DNA of 36,940 nt, from the NCBI RefSeq assembly GCF_001194135.2, contig NC_068994.1:46229117-46266056 (forward strand), read 5' to 3'. Below the pieces are notes generated by a model that worked only from the letters and a program-made list of their open reading frames with translations, had not been told where the DNA came from and searched no databases. The stretch is from Octopus bimaculoides. Its lineage: Eukaryota. The position numbers and the translations under genes were made by a program. Positions 1 through 10,930 of the stretch are shown in pieces. Every line of letters starts with the position of its first letter. Position 1 is the first letter of the stretch.

Positions 1-83
1 TTTAGGTGTTTTCGCTCAATAAACACTCACAACGCCCGGTCTGGGAATCGAAACCGCGATCCTACGACCACGAATCCGCTGCC
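1..83 (-). mobile_element. tRNA-derived SINE, family C, 5' head fragment (runs off the window edge)
   Basis: Near-identical to 25834-25918 within the full-length family C copy; B-box-like GGTTTCGATTCC on the minus strand. Confidence 0.8.
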
Positions 84-227
84 GATGAAATGGCACATAG
101 TACGGAAATTAGACATAGGTTGTTGTCTGCTTGTGAGTCTGTGAAATCTTCTGCAATAAATTTGGTCATAGTTAACGTTAATCACAGCGACAAGTTAAAT
201 TATGTTTCATTTTCAAGCTTGCGTTGT

Positions 228-275
228 ACTTACCTGAGAGGAGAGAGAGTGGGGAGAGAGAGGGAGGGAGACTGA
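228..275 (-). promoter_or_regulatory. Polypyrimidine tract followed by a CAG|GTAAGT splice junction (candidate recursive splice site or distal 5' splice site)
   Basis: Minus strand reads ...gtcagtctccctccctctctctccccactctctctcctctCAG|GTAAGT, junction at 234/233, on the same strand as the two upstream exons. Confidence 0.45.
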
Positions 276-402
276 CAGACTGACAGACAGACAGATAGAC
301 AGAGATAGCAAACTGTAATACACAGGAGAAAGTGAGTGAGAGAGAGAGAGACTACATCCACACAACTAACTTCTCCGTCAGAAGGAATTATAAGAATATT
401 AC

Positions 403-519
403 TTGGAAGCGTGGTCATTAACCGTCGCTACACTGCTTGTAAAAATATTTGTCAATCTTATACGTCCCTTCATAAATTGTTCAAAGTGAAAGTCCTTTCT
501 TAAGTCTCTGTTGCATTGT
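403..519 (-). CDS. Internal coding exon (117 nt, phase 2-2) of an unidentified gene: (R)QCNRDLRKDFHFEQFMKGRIRLTNIFTSSVATVNDHAS
   Basis: Acceptor ttctgtgtttttcaacataTAG|A at 520/519; donor CAA|GTAATA at 403/402. Length is a multiple of 3, the exon is open, and it continues exon 1214-1020 in frame (ttc ag|a caa = F-R-Q). The donor is only moderate; read-through hits TAA at 401-399. Confidence 0.55.
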
Positions 520-785
520 CTATATGTTGAAAAACACAGAACCACGCTTGCGCAGTCACAGCCAAAACAAAAATAATTATATATATTATATATATACATA
601 TAGCCTTTTTTGAAGTCAGTCTTGTGTTGTGTTGACAGATTTGCACTTAAAATTCCCGCGTTTTTAGTCAAAACTTGTTAGTAGAAAAAATTACAAGGGC
701 ATTATTGGAAATTAGTGACTTGCCCTTGTAGATATACATTTATAGATAGATCAACAGACAGATCGACAGACATGATCGATAGATA

Positions 786-789
786 GGTT

Positions 790-850
<61 letters not shown>
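786..850. repeat. (GATA)n microsatellite inside the 500-nt intron
   Basis: Direct read of tandem GATA units. Confidence 0.95.
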
Positions 851-1019
851 TTAGGTTGATAGATAGGTAGATAGATATATAGATCGATAGATAAGGCAGG
901 ATAGGATAGGATAGATAAGTAGGTATTCAAGTTAGCATCATTCACAAGATGCATTTCAGAGGTGGGGGAAGCATAATCGAAATGCAATCGAAAATGGGAA
1001 TGGTTCATTCATCGATTAC

Positions 1020-1214
1020 CTGAAGCCATTTCCGCGGGTGTTTGGTGACGAAGCGAGGCTGCTATACCCACTGGCGCTATTTCCGGATCCGGTTCGAGAA
1101 ATTGCGCATGGCGATGATGCCTTTCCGCTAAAACTGTTGCTACGTTCGGGTGGAGAACCGGCTACTATTTGTTTGTGCGGGGAGTTTTTGCCTGAACTCG
1201 CCAGCATTTCCCGT
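1020..1214 (-). CDS. Internal coding exon (195 nt, phase 2-2), Ser/Gly/Pro-rich: REMLASSGKNSPHKQIVAGSPPERSNSFSGKASSPCAISRTGSGNSASGYSSLASSPNTRGNGF(R)
   Basis: GC- and CpG-enriched non-repeat island in AT-rich flanks. Branch-like TTAAT about 27 nt before the acceptor tttcatccaccaacgtcctacCACAG|A (1215/1214); donor CAG|GTAATC (1020/1019). In-frame stops lie just outside both splice sites. Gene not recognised. Confidence 0.7.
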
Positions 1215-1433
1215 CTGTGGTAGGACGTTGGTGGATGAAATTAATCCCTTTTCGGGGTCCTTTAAAGAGAATTAGGGGTTAAAGTATTTTAATGAAAAGA
1301 ATATTTTTTAACATTTATTTTTATTATTTAATTATTAATTTATTTACACGAGAATATATTTCTCATTCGTGGAAAGAATGAACACTCCGTTTTAGGTCCT
1401 TTAAATGAAGATGAGTTCAAATTATATGTATAC

Positions 1434-1555
1434 ATGAATATGTGTATGTGTGTGTTTGTGTGTGAGTGTACGTGCGTATGTGTGTGTGTAAGTATATATG
1501 TATGTCTATGTATGTATGAGCATGTATATATATATATATATGTATATATACATAC

Positions 1556-1629
<74 letters not shown>

Positions 1630-1710
1630 ATACTCACACACACACACGTACATATATATATACATATTCATACTTATATGTATACATGTACGAATATATG
1701 TATGCATACT
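1434..1710. repeat. Compound (TG)n/(TA)n/(CA)n microsatellite
   Basis: Direct read; explains ORFs 1417-1823. Confidence 0.95.
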
Positions 1711-2070
1711 TAGAAAGAGAGGGATTTAGATTAAGTGAAACTATTTTAGGAAAACAGGATATGATTTCTAAATTAAGAAGCATTGTCAAGACAACCATCG
1801 AATTGCCTAATAGAATGCAATAACAGTGCAATAACAAACAGAGAACACATGCATAAAAAATTTAGTAACTGCTTACATGTTATGACGGAGACGTCTAATG
1901 AAAAAAATCTGACAAATGAAACGACGACAACCGTATAAGATGCTTTCTTAAGTGAGTATCAAGAAACCAGACGATGAAAATTACGTACAAACTCAAAGGG
2001 ATATACCCGCTTAAATATGTATACAAACCTCTTCTGAAGCACTGAACAAAAGTAATATATCTGATTGCAA

Positions 2071-2130
<60 letters not shown>
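2071..2130. repeat. (GATA)n microsatellite
   Basis: Direct read. Confidence 0.95.
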
Positions 2131-3603
2131 GCCATAACATTACGCACAAACGAGTATGACGATGCCAAACAGAATCCATCATCTTGATACATTCCCCCTT
2201 TTATAAAGTGGAAACCTTTTTCATTTTACGTAAAATACACACCATTCTTGATTTATCGCTAATATTATGTAATCTAAAATCATGTCTTATATGTGTGTGT
2301 ATGTGTGTGTGTGTNNNNNNNNNNNNNNNNNNNNNNNNNNNNNNNNNNNNNNNNNNNNNNNNNNNNNNNNNNNNNNNNNNNNNNNNNNNNNNNNNNNNNN
2401 NNNNNNNNNNNNNNNNNNNNNNNNNNNNNNNNNNNNNNNNNNNNNNNNNNNNNNNNNNNNNNNNNNNNNNNNNNNNNNNNNNNNNNNNNNNNNNNNNNNN
2501 NNNNNNNNNNNNNNNNNNNNNNNNNNNNNNNNNNNNNNNNNNNNNNNNNNNNNNNNNNNNNNNNNNNNNNNNNNNNNNNNNNNNNNNNNNNNNNNNNNNN
2601 NNNNNNNNNNNNNNNNNNNNNNNNNNNNNNNNNNNNNNNNNNNNNNNNNNNNNNNNNNNNNNNNNNNNNNNNNNNNNNNNNNNNNNNNNNNNNNNNNNNN
2701 NNNNNNNNNNNNNNNNNNNNNNNNNNNNNNNNNNNNNNNNNNNNNNNNNNNNNNNNNNNNNNNNNNNNNNNNNNNNNNNNNNNNNNNNNNNNNNNNNNNN
2801 NNNNNNNNNNNNNNNNNNNNNNNNNNNNNNNNNNNNNNNNNNNNNNNNNNNNNNNNNNNNNNNNNNNNNNNNNNNNNNNNNNNNNNNNNNNNNNNNNNNN
2901 NNNNNNNNNNNNNNNNNNNNNNNNNNNNNNNNNNNNNNNNNNNNNNNNNNNNNNNNNNNNNNNNNNNNNNNNNNNNNNNNNNNNNNNNNNNNNNNNNNNN
3001 NNNNNNNNNNNNNNNNNNNNNNNNNNNNNNNNNNNNNNNNNNNNNNNNNNNNNNNNNNNNNNNNNNNNNNNNNNNNNNNNNNNNNNNNNNNNNNNNNNNN
3101 NNNNNNNNNNNNNNNNNNNNNNNNNNNNNNNNNNNNNNNNNNNNNNNNNNNNNNNNNNNNNNNNNNNNNNNNNNNNNNNNNNNNNNNNNNNNNNNNNNNN
3201 NNNNNNNNNNNNNNNNNNNNNNNNNNNNNNNNNNNNNNNNNNNNNNNNNNTTGGGGGCAGGAAGATGGACCCACCACCACCACCACCTACCGTCCTGGTC
3301 AAGCACACCTGAGCTCAATGGTAAATCTGGCACTGGATGGATGGATACAAAGACAGAGAGAACGAAAAAGAAACAAGGAGAGAAAGAACTGCATTAGTTT
3401 GTGTCGACGCGAAGCTCAGAATACCGAAAGCCTATCATGGACATTAATAAATATTTAAACTTTACCGTGTATCTTGTGTACGTTTCTTTTCACCCTCGTA
3501 AACGCAAATGCTTATACGTGTGCGAACGTGTGTGCGTATGTGAGTCTGTGCACAAGCGCGTAAGTGTGTGGATGCACGCATGTATGCATGTATGCATGTA
3601 GGT

Positions 3604-3745
3604 ATGTAGGTATGTAGGTAGGTATGACGGTAGGAGTACATCAGGAGTTCTGCAAGACAGAACTGTAGACTTGACGCTACAAATAGCAGGAACATTCGCA
3701 GACAGTGCCGAAATAAAATAATTTTTGGTCTTTTGTTTGTTTTTT
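3604..3745 (+). repeat. 142-bp segment duplicated at 4413-4554
   Basis: Identical by eye from atgtaggtatgtagg to ttttgtttgtttttt; offset 809; the second copy starts exactly at a gap edge. Confidence 0.9.
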
Positions 3746-3980
3746 GCTTCTATTTTCGTTTTTATACCAATTATTGACATCAGCAGAGAAAGAGATGGGA
3801 TGAGATGAGAACAAAGCGGAGCGGGGAAGGCGTAGAGATGGAGAAGCATTGAGAAAGGATGCTAGAACTGAAGAACGAAGAAGAACGAAGGCTAAGATGT
3901 GTAGATAGATAGAAAAGGAAAAGCATAAAGAAAGACTAAAAGTGTAATGGTGGGGAAAAAGCGTAAAGAATGACAGACCA

Positions 3981-3981
<1 letters not shown>

Positions 3982-4049
<68 letters not shown>
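3982..4049. repeat. (GATA)n microsatellite running into an assembly gap
   Basis: Direct read. Confidence 0.95.
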
Positions 4050-4710
4050 NNNNNNNNNNNNNNNNNNNNNNNNNNNNNNNNNNNNNNNNNNNNNNNNNNN
4101 NNNNNNNNNNNNNNNNNNNNNNNNNNNNNNNNNNNNNNNNNNNNNNNNNNNNNNNNNNNNNNNNNNNNNNNNNNNNNNNNNNNNNNNNNNNNNNNNNNNN
4201 NNNNNNNNNNNNNNNNNNNNNNNNNNNNNNNNNNNNNNNNNNNNNNNNNNNNNNNNNNNNNNNNNNNNNNNNNNNNNNNNNNNNNNNNNNNNNNNNNNNN
4301 NNNNNNNNNNNNNNNNNNNNNNNNNNNNNNNNNNNNNNNNNNNNNNNNNNNNNNNNNNNNNNNNNNNNNNNNNNNNNNNNNNNNNNNNNNNNNNNNNNNN
4401 NNNNNNNNNNNNATGTAGGTATGTAGGTAGGTATGACGGTAGGAGTACATCAGGAGTTCTGCAAGACAGAACTGTAGACTTGACGCTACAAATAGCAGGA
4501 ACATTCGCAGACAGTGCCGAAATAAAATAATTTTTGGTCTTTTGTTTGTTTTTTTTGTTTATTTTTTTGTTGTTGTTTTTTTCCCTAATATCTACTTCAT
4601 AGCGTATCATACGTTCGTGGTCGTTGACCGTGTGTGTCTGACGAATTTTAATCGTTTTATCGGCATTCCAGCCGTGACCATCTCGCCTATTCTTTTTTTT
4701 TTTCGTACAT

Positions 4711-5090
4711 GGCTGTGTAGTTAAGAGATTCGCTTTGCAACCAACCACGTAGTTTGGAGTTCAGTCCCACTGCGCGACACCTTGGGTAAGGGTCATCAAC
4801 TTATAGGACCGAGTTGACCAATGCGTCGTGACTGAATTTGATGGACGGAGGCTCTGTGAGAACATGACGTGTACCTATCTGCATGTGTACCATTGTGTTT
4901 GCGCTTGTTCCCTCCCCCACCGAATAATAACCGGTGTTGGCATGCTTACGACCCCGTAATTTGTAGTTCAGCCAAGAGTAAGTATCAAACATGAAAATGA
5001 ATAATGGAGTAGATTTATTCGACTAAACTCGTTAAAGCAGTGCTACAGCATAGCCACAGTCTAAGGATTGAAACCAGTGAAAGATAAGTT
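4711..5090 (+). mobile_element. Degenerate full-length CORE-like tRNA SINE (family B)
   Basis: A-box TGGCTGTGTAG, B-box GAGTTCAGTCCC, CORE-like gcgacaccttgggtaag; later blocks align loosely with the 3' half of the copy at 17886-18272. Confidence 0.65.
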
Positions 5091-5236
5091 ATATATTCAG
5101 AGCTAATTTATGCAGAATATTCATCTATTTTAAAGATGTTAGTGGAAAATTTGAAGGAGATTTAGTTGTAAATTCTTGCAGGTCTAATGACAGCACGAAA
5201 GTCTTTTCATTGATCCATTAATATATTCTTAAAAAC

Positions 5237-5630
5237 AAGGCAGCGAGCTGGCAGAAACGTTAGTACACAGGGCGAAATGCCTACCCGTATTTCGTCTGCC
5301 ATTACGTTTTGAGTTCAAATTCCGCCGAGGTCGACTTTGCCTTTCATCCTTTCGGGTCCGATAAATAAAGCACCAGTTATGCACTGGGGATCAATGTTAT
5401 CGACTTAATCCCTTTGTCTGTCTTTGTTTGTCCCCTCTATGTTTAGCCCCTTGTGGGCAATAAAGAAATAAGAAACGTTAGCACGCCGGGCGAAATACTT
5501 AGTGGTTTTTCTTCTGTCTTTACGTTCTGAGTTCAAATTCCTCCGAGGTCGACTTAACCTTTAATCCTTTCGGGGTCACTGGGTCTATCTAATTGACTGA
5601 CCCCTTCCGCTAAAATTTCGGGCCTTATAT
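5237..5630 (+). mobile_element. Head-to-tail pair of family A tRNA SINEs (5237-5470 full length; 5471-5630 lacks about 20 nt of head and has a different tail)
   Basis: aaggcagcgagctggcagaaacgttag...gagttcaaattccgccgaggtcgactttgcctttcatcctttcggg... matches copies at 15348 and 21287; the second unit starts agaaacgttagcacgccgggcg. Confidence 0.85.
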
Positions 5631-6231
5631 ATGTATTTCTACTTTACCTGTTTATGCTTAAAATTTAGCAGCAAGTGGCGGAGATTTTGCTATGATGTAA
5701 CCTAAGAATACATCACCAAAATGCTGTCGAAACGGCTGTTGTGAATTTTGAACCTCACTTATGTTCTTTAGATGGTTACATAGATAGACAGACGGACGGA
5801 CGGACGGGTGGATGGATAGATGGATGGATGGAGGGAGGGATAGATTTGTGTGTATAAACATATAAATTAATATATATGTGTATGTACCTGAGCATTCATA
5901 CACACGCACACGTGCGCATATATGGTAGCAATGAAAAGTAAAAAGACTCAACAGAGTAGAGTATGATAATTTTGGTCGCGCTTTTCTATGTGTCGAGTTG
6001 TGTTCATTCCACCAGTAGTTCAGCCTTGGAGGGAGACTGTTCGTAGCTACCAAATATATTCTTTGGAATTGTGTCGTACGTCCAAGACGAATGGTATGGT
6101 CATAAAACCAAAGTTATGTTAGCGTTCCTTACATTTCCGGCAAGTATGTGTTTGTAACCATTCACACGTGTATTTATTTGCACTTATGTACGTGTGTGTA
6201 TACGTGCGTTGGTAGGTATGTAGGTATATGC

Positions 6232-6280
<49 letters not shown>

Positions 6281-6383
6281 TGTATGTATGTACTTACGTC
6301 TTAGCATTTGAAATATAACTGGAAATTTGTATGCGTGGGCATACACACGTGCACGCCCACATACGCCAGACATAGATTTACAG

Positions 6384-6418
<35 letters not shown>

Positions 6419-6595
6419 TGTGAATGTATATGTATGTATGTATGTATGTATGTATGCGTATATAAACACACATACATGTATACGTATCATATGATATTTA
6501 CAAAGTAGGAGATTATACACGCATGCCTGGATGTTCTTGTCTACTGTCTGTGTACAGTCATGCTTGAAGATGTATATGCATATACNNNNNNNNNN

Positions 6596-6636
<41 letters not shown>

Positions 6637-7165
6637 CGTAGATATACATACATATATATATACAGACATATACATGCATATATAAATAAATACATATATG
6701 TGTGTGTATGTTTACAAGCATACATATGCATATGTATACACACACGCGCACACATGGGGTGCACTTGCGTACCTATAGGCGCACGCACATACACACCGTT
6801 ATTCATTAACTTGGCATTAGGTTTATACTTTATGTAAGCCAATTTTAAATTTGTTTCTTTACCTTTTTTGTTTTGTTTTGTTTTGTTATTTGCTTTTTCG
6901 ATGGGGGAGAGAAGGGGAGGATGGCTGAATGTTTCTTATGTATTTTCGCATATTCGGCCTACTTGGAGCAAAGTGCCGAAAAGTTTAAATCTCTATTTGT
7001 GGTTTCGATTTTCCAATGAAGTTATTTCATTTGTATTTTCGGCACTAAACACTTGATAGCAGGAATGTTAGGACGCCCTTGTGCCGCCATCATCAAAGAG
7101 AAACTAAAGGAGGACCTCTGAGACGCATATAGCTGAACGTGCAACAAATCTTGGCCCACACACAG

Positions 7166-7218
<53 letters not shown>

Positions 7219-7991
7219 NNNNNNNNNNNNNNNNNNNNNNNNNNNNNNNNNNNNNNNNNNNNNNNNNNNNNNNNNNNNNNNNNNNNNNNNNNNNNNNNNN
7301 NNNNNNNNNNNNNNNNNNNNNNNNNNNNNNNNNNNNNNNNNNNNNNNNNNNNNNNNNNNNNNNNNNNNNNNNNNNNNNNNNNNNNNNNNNNNNNNNNNNN
7401 NNNNNNNNNNNNNNNNNNNNNNNNNNNNNNNNNNNNNNNNNNNNNNNNNNNNNNNNNNNNNNNNNNNNNNNNNNNNNNNNNNNNNNNNNNNNNNNNNNNN
7501 NNNNNNNNNNNNNNNNNNNNNNNNNNNNNNNNNNNNNNNNNNNNNNNNNNNNNNNNNNNNNNNNNNNNNNNNNNNNNNNNNNNNNNNNNNNNNNNNNNNN
7601 NNNNNNNNNNNNNNNNNNNNNNNNNNNNNNNNNNNNNNNNNNNNNNNNNNNNNNNNNNNNNNNNNNNNNNNNNNNNNNNNNNNNNNNNNNNNNNNNNTAT
7701 ATATATATATATATATCTTTCTCTCTTTTCTCTCGCTCTCTCTTTCTCTCCAGCCAGAGACTCTAAAGAAACGTTGTAGCATTTGTTAGAGCTTCAGGTA
7801 TAGTTAAATAACAAAGTGCACTTTATGGTAATTGATCAGTTTCTTAGCATAGCTGACTAGGCTATAACAACATATACAGGTATCATATATTATCTTGAAT
7901 TAATATGCGCCATAGAGTCGAAGCATAGAAGTAATACAACACGAATGTTGTAACAATGCGATTTTTTTTTTATTATTATAAATATATATTA

Positions 7992-9133
7992 TACGAGGCT
8001 AAGACAAAAATTATATGCACTCTTGTTTCTGTAATTTATTACAACAAAAACAGAAGATTAGCAATTGCATCATTTTTCAGCTTCGTCTCCTTGCTTTTTG
8101 ATGCACGCCTTCCATTGGTCTCCAAGCTTCCTTATTCCATCGGTGAAGAAAGTTTTCGGCCGGACACGCAGCCATTTGTACACCGCTTTCTGCGCTTCCT
8201 CGTCAGCAGCAAATCGACGACTCGTAAATGATGTTTGAACGGTCCAAAGAGATGATAGTCGGAAGAGTCGAGATCTGGACTGTAAGCAGAGCGTTCCATC
8301 AACTTGAAACCAAATTTCTCAATGATTTAAACGGTGTGAGCAGCCGTATGTGGGCGTACATTGTCGTGCAAGCATAACGCTTGCTTTGACAACAGACATC
8401 GGCGTTTGATGCGAATTACTGGTTTGAGTTTGTTGGCCAGCATTTCACTGCAGCCTACACTGGTAGTTCTATGCCCTTTTTCAGGTAATGTTCCAGTATA
8501 AACCCTTTTGCGTTTCAATAAAGGATTAACACCTCTTTTTCTGCGGAAGGTTGAGTTTTTAGTTTCTTTTTCGTTGGCGATTCATGATGCTTCCAACCTA
8601 CACTCTGCCTTTTAGATTCTGGCTCAAATTGATGAACCCAGATCTCATCTCCCGTTATTCTTCTCTCCAAAAGAGCTTTGCCTTCATTCTTATAGTGGTC
8701 GAGCAAGCGTTGACAGATCAGACGACTGCCCTTATGCAAATCATTAGCTCACTTGGCACCCTTCTCGCACAAACTTTACGGAAGTAAAACTTGTTAATGA
8801 TTTCGTATGCAGAGCCATGACTAATTTGCAGAGAACATGCCACCTCATCAATGGTCACTTGTTGGTTCGCCAGAACCATTTCTCTATCTTGTTAAATTTG
8901 CACGTCAATGGTGGAGGTTGATGGGTACCCCGCTCCCTCTTCATGCTTCACGCTTGTATAGACATTTTTAAACTTCCCGATCCCCTTATATACGTTTGTA
9001 CGAGGTAGATCTCTGTCCCTTCATTGTATGAAAGCCTGCAATAAATTTCAGCCACTAGCACACCTTCAGATCAGGGAAATCGAATTACTGATATATGTCC
9101 TTCCTTGGTGCACACTGCCAGCGAAGCGGTCAT
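7992..9133 (-). pseudogene. Decayed mariner (Tc1/mariner, DD34D-type) transposase, about full length, with the 3' terminal inverted repeat
   Basis: Minus-strand frames give MTASLAVCTKE..VIRF (ATG 9133), ITGDEIWVHQFEPESKRQS.GWKH..SP.KKKLKTQPSA.K, LHDNVRPHTA, AYSPDLDSSDYHLFGP and CIKKQGDEAEK* (stop 8072-8070), with stops and frameshifts. Mariner-like terminus TA-CGAGGCTAAGACAAAAATT at 7992. The opposite TIR is not recognisable. Confidence 0.9.
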
Positions 9134-9357
9134 GTTTTCAACATAGTCTCCTGAGGCGATCATAGCTGTGAAGGGATCAAGCTTTGTCATGAAAGGGTTT
9201 GGAGTCATGTAAGAAGTTCTATGATAGTATACTGTAATTGTTCTTCTACAACAATATGGACATTATGTAACTATACGAGTTCTTCGAATTTTTGGTTGCA
9301 TAATAAGCGTGTTGAAAGTCGATTACGAGTCGCCAAAGGTGTATTGTTTTTATTTGG

Positions 9358-10930
9358 TTATAATAATTCTGTTGGAGCGATAGCTTTCCAAAATTTCAAC
9401 AAATACTTGTCGAATTATCAGCATCTGCCAAAAAGTCCCAATTGTCTGTTTAAATATTTAGACGAGGCTAAATACAGTTTAATATGATAGTCTTTTTTTG
9501 TGGTGCATAATTGATGTTGTCTCGCACCATCAACGTACGGTCTGCTTAGTCTTCGGATTTTGTATGTTATTTGATAAGCGATATATTTCTCCTTCAGCTT
9601 TAAATATAATTAGACAAGGCTGTTGTTTTCTGTCATCGATACGTCTTAAGGAAGCACTGTGGTTGGTGTATCGTTTCTCGAATTTTCCCACTACTATTCT
9701 AATGTAACATTCACTATCGGTTGATCCGTTTGAGTTTATAGAAAGAAACATATTTTATAGCCATAAGGCTGAATCAAATTTTTTTTTCTCCCAAGGTTAA
9801 TCTTTATCAAAGACTAGGGCCTACTTAACATACATAATGATTTACAAGTTTATGTCATCTAAATCGAAATTATCTTTTTTGAGCGAAGTCTTGTGTCCCG
9901 CTTTGTAGAGAATAAGAACGCCACTCGTAACATCTAATATTATCGGACTGTTTGAATCTAGAATCTTGTTTCTCACAAATATTATAACACCATTTCAAGG
10001 CGATGAGCTGGCAGAATCGTTAGCACGTCGGACAAAATTCTTAGTAACATTTCGTCCATCTTTACCTTCTGAGTTCAAATTCTGCCAAGGTCGACTTTGC
10101 CTTTCGGGGTCGATAAAAAAAGTACCAGTTGAGCACTGGGGGTCGATCTAATTGACTTAACGTCTTCCCCGAAATTGCTGGCCTTTTGCCAAAATTTTAA
10201 ACTATTATTACACCACTTGATTGTTATGTTCTATTCTTGTAGATTAATTCCTCTCTCAATTCTGTTGTTAATATTATTTCGTAATTTTTTACTGATTAGT
10301 TCCAATTTCTGTATTAGATGGTTTTATATTCCTGTATCAGGTCTCAGTGGCAAAGTCTTCTTTATGATCATTAACAGTGAGATATGCCACACGCTTCCAT
10401 AGACATTCCGTTCTTTTATCTAATTTTATTTTCTTGGCTCTGGCTTTTGCCATGGTGTTAATGTTTTCACATGTCTGTGCAGCAGTAGTTTTTTCTTATA
10501 ATTTTCAGTAATGTTATTCTTAAAGAACAGTTTCTATCTGACGGAATCTACTTAATATAAATTATTAGTCTCATTAAAAAAACACCTAAGTGTGATAGTG
10601 GTATTCTTAATGTTTATAATATCGGTTCTTAGTTTCTTCTGGAATGTTCTAGGGTAAAAATGGAATTTGATGTTAGTAGCCAAGACAAGTCTACATCAAA
10701 GGATGCTAGGTCTTTCATACTGGAGAAAGGTTGCTTCTCGTTCTGTTAAAGTATTCTATAGATGTTGACTTAGAGTAGAATAATATAGGCTATTATATAT
10801 TATCTATTACATAACAGAACCATTTCAAGTCTCTTCCTGCTTGTTACCTGCTTATTATCCATAGACTACAGGGCGATTTATTTCTTCTCAGTACTGGTAA
10901 AAGGATTCAGAAAAATCCACTTCGAAAGAG
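9358..10930 (-). mobile_element. Penelope-like element remnant: RT N-terminal half and GIY-YIG endonuclease, internally deleted, interrupted by a SINE
   Basis: Minus-strand frames give FQKKLRTDIINIK, NNITENYKK, AKKIKLDKRTECL..RVAYLTVNDHKEDF, KWCYNICEKQDSRF, DKD*PWEKK then FD, joined directly to YI...GKFEKRYTNHSASLR and PYVDGAR..LCTTKK...LN...LFGRC..DKYLL. These resemble conserved PLE RT and GIY-YIG motifs. Upper boundary uncertain. Confidence 0.75.
9997..10200 (+). mobile_element. Family A-type SINE inserted into the Penelope-like remnant
   Basis: Family A head and central domain; flanked by the imperfect direct repeat tattataacaccatt / tattattacaccact (probable target-site duplication). Confidence 0.8.

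Noticed and set aside
403-519. Faint recalled resemblance of HF...M..GRI.L to Cables-family proteins
   Set aside because: Spacing and flanks do not fit; memory-only similarity is insufficient, so no gene symbol is assigned.
1038-1223. Plus-strand 61-aa ORF MFGDEARLLYP...
   Set aside because: It is the antisense shadow of the minus-strand exon, which has proper splice sites and frame continuity.
1256-1405. 11-bp direct repeat ggtcctttaaa flanking an AT-rich segment
   Set aside because: Too short, with no element-like features inside; compatible with chance.
3620-3720. Protein-like frames in the duplicated unit (DGRSTSGVLQDRTV... and MFLLFVASSLQFCLAELL...)
   Set aside because: No convincing splice sites or start context on either strand.
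5648-5689. Possible 42-nt minus-strand microexon ending at CAG|GTAAAG
   Set aside because: The acceptor lacks a pyrimidine tract and phase 0-0 does not match the phase-2 exons.
7020-7095. Minus-strand ATGATGGCGGC start (MMAAQGRPNIPAIK) as a first coding exon
   Set aside because: The only phase-compatible donor (CAA|GTGTTT) is very weak and the frame stops after 23 codons.
9461-9530. Candidate second mariner TIR (gacgaggctaaa; gtgcataattgatgttgtctcgca)
   Set aside because: Both lie inside the Penelope GIY-YIG coding remnant and match the TIR only loosely.
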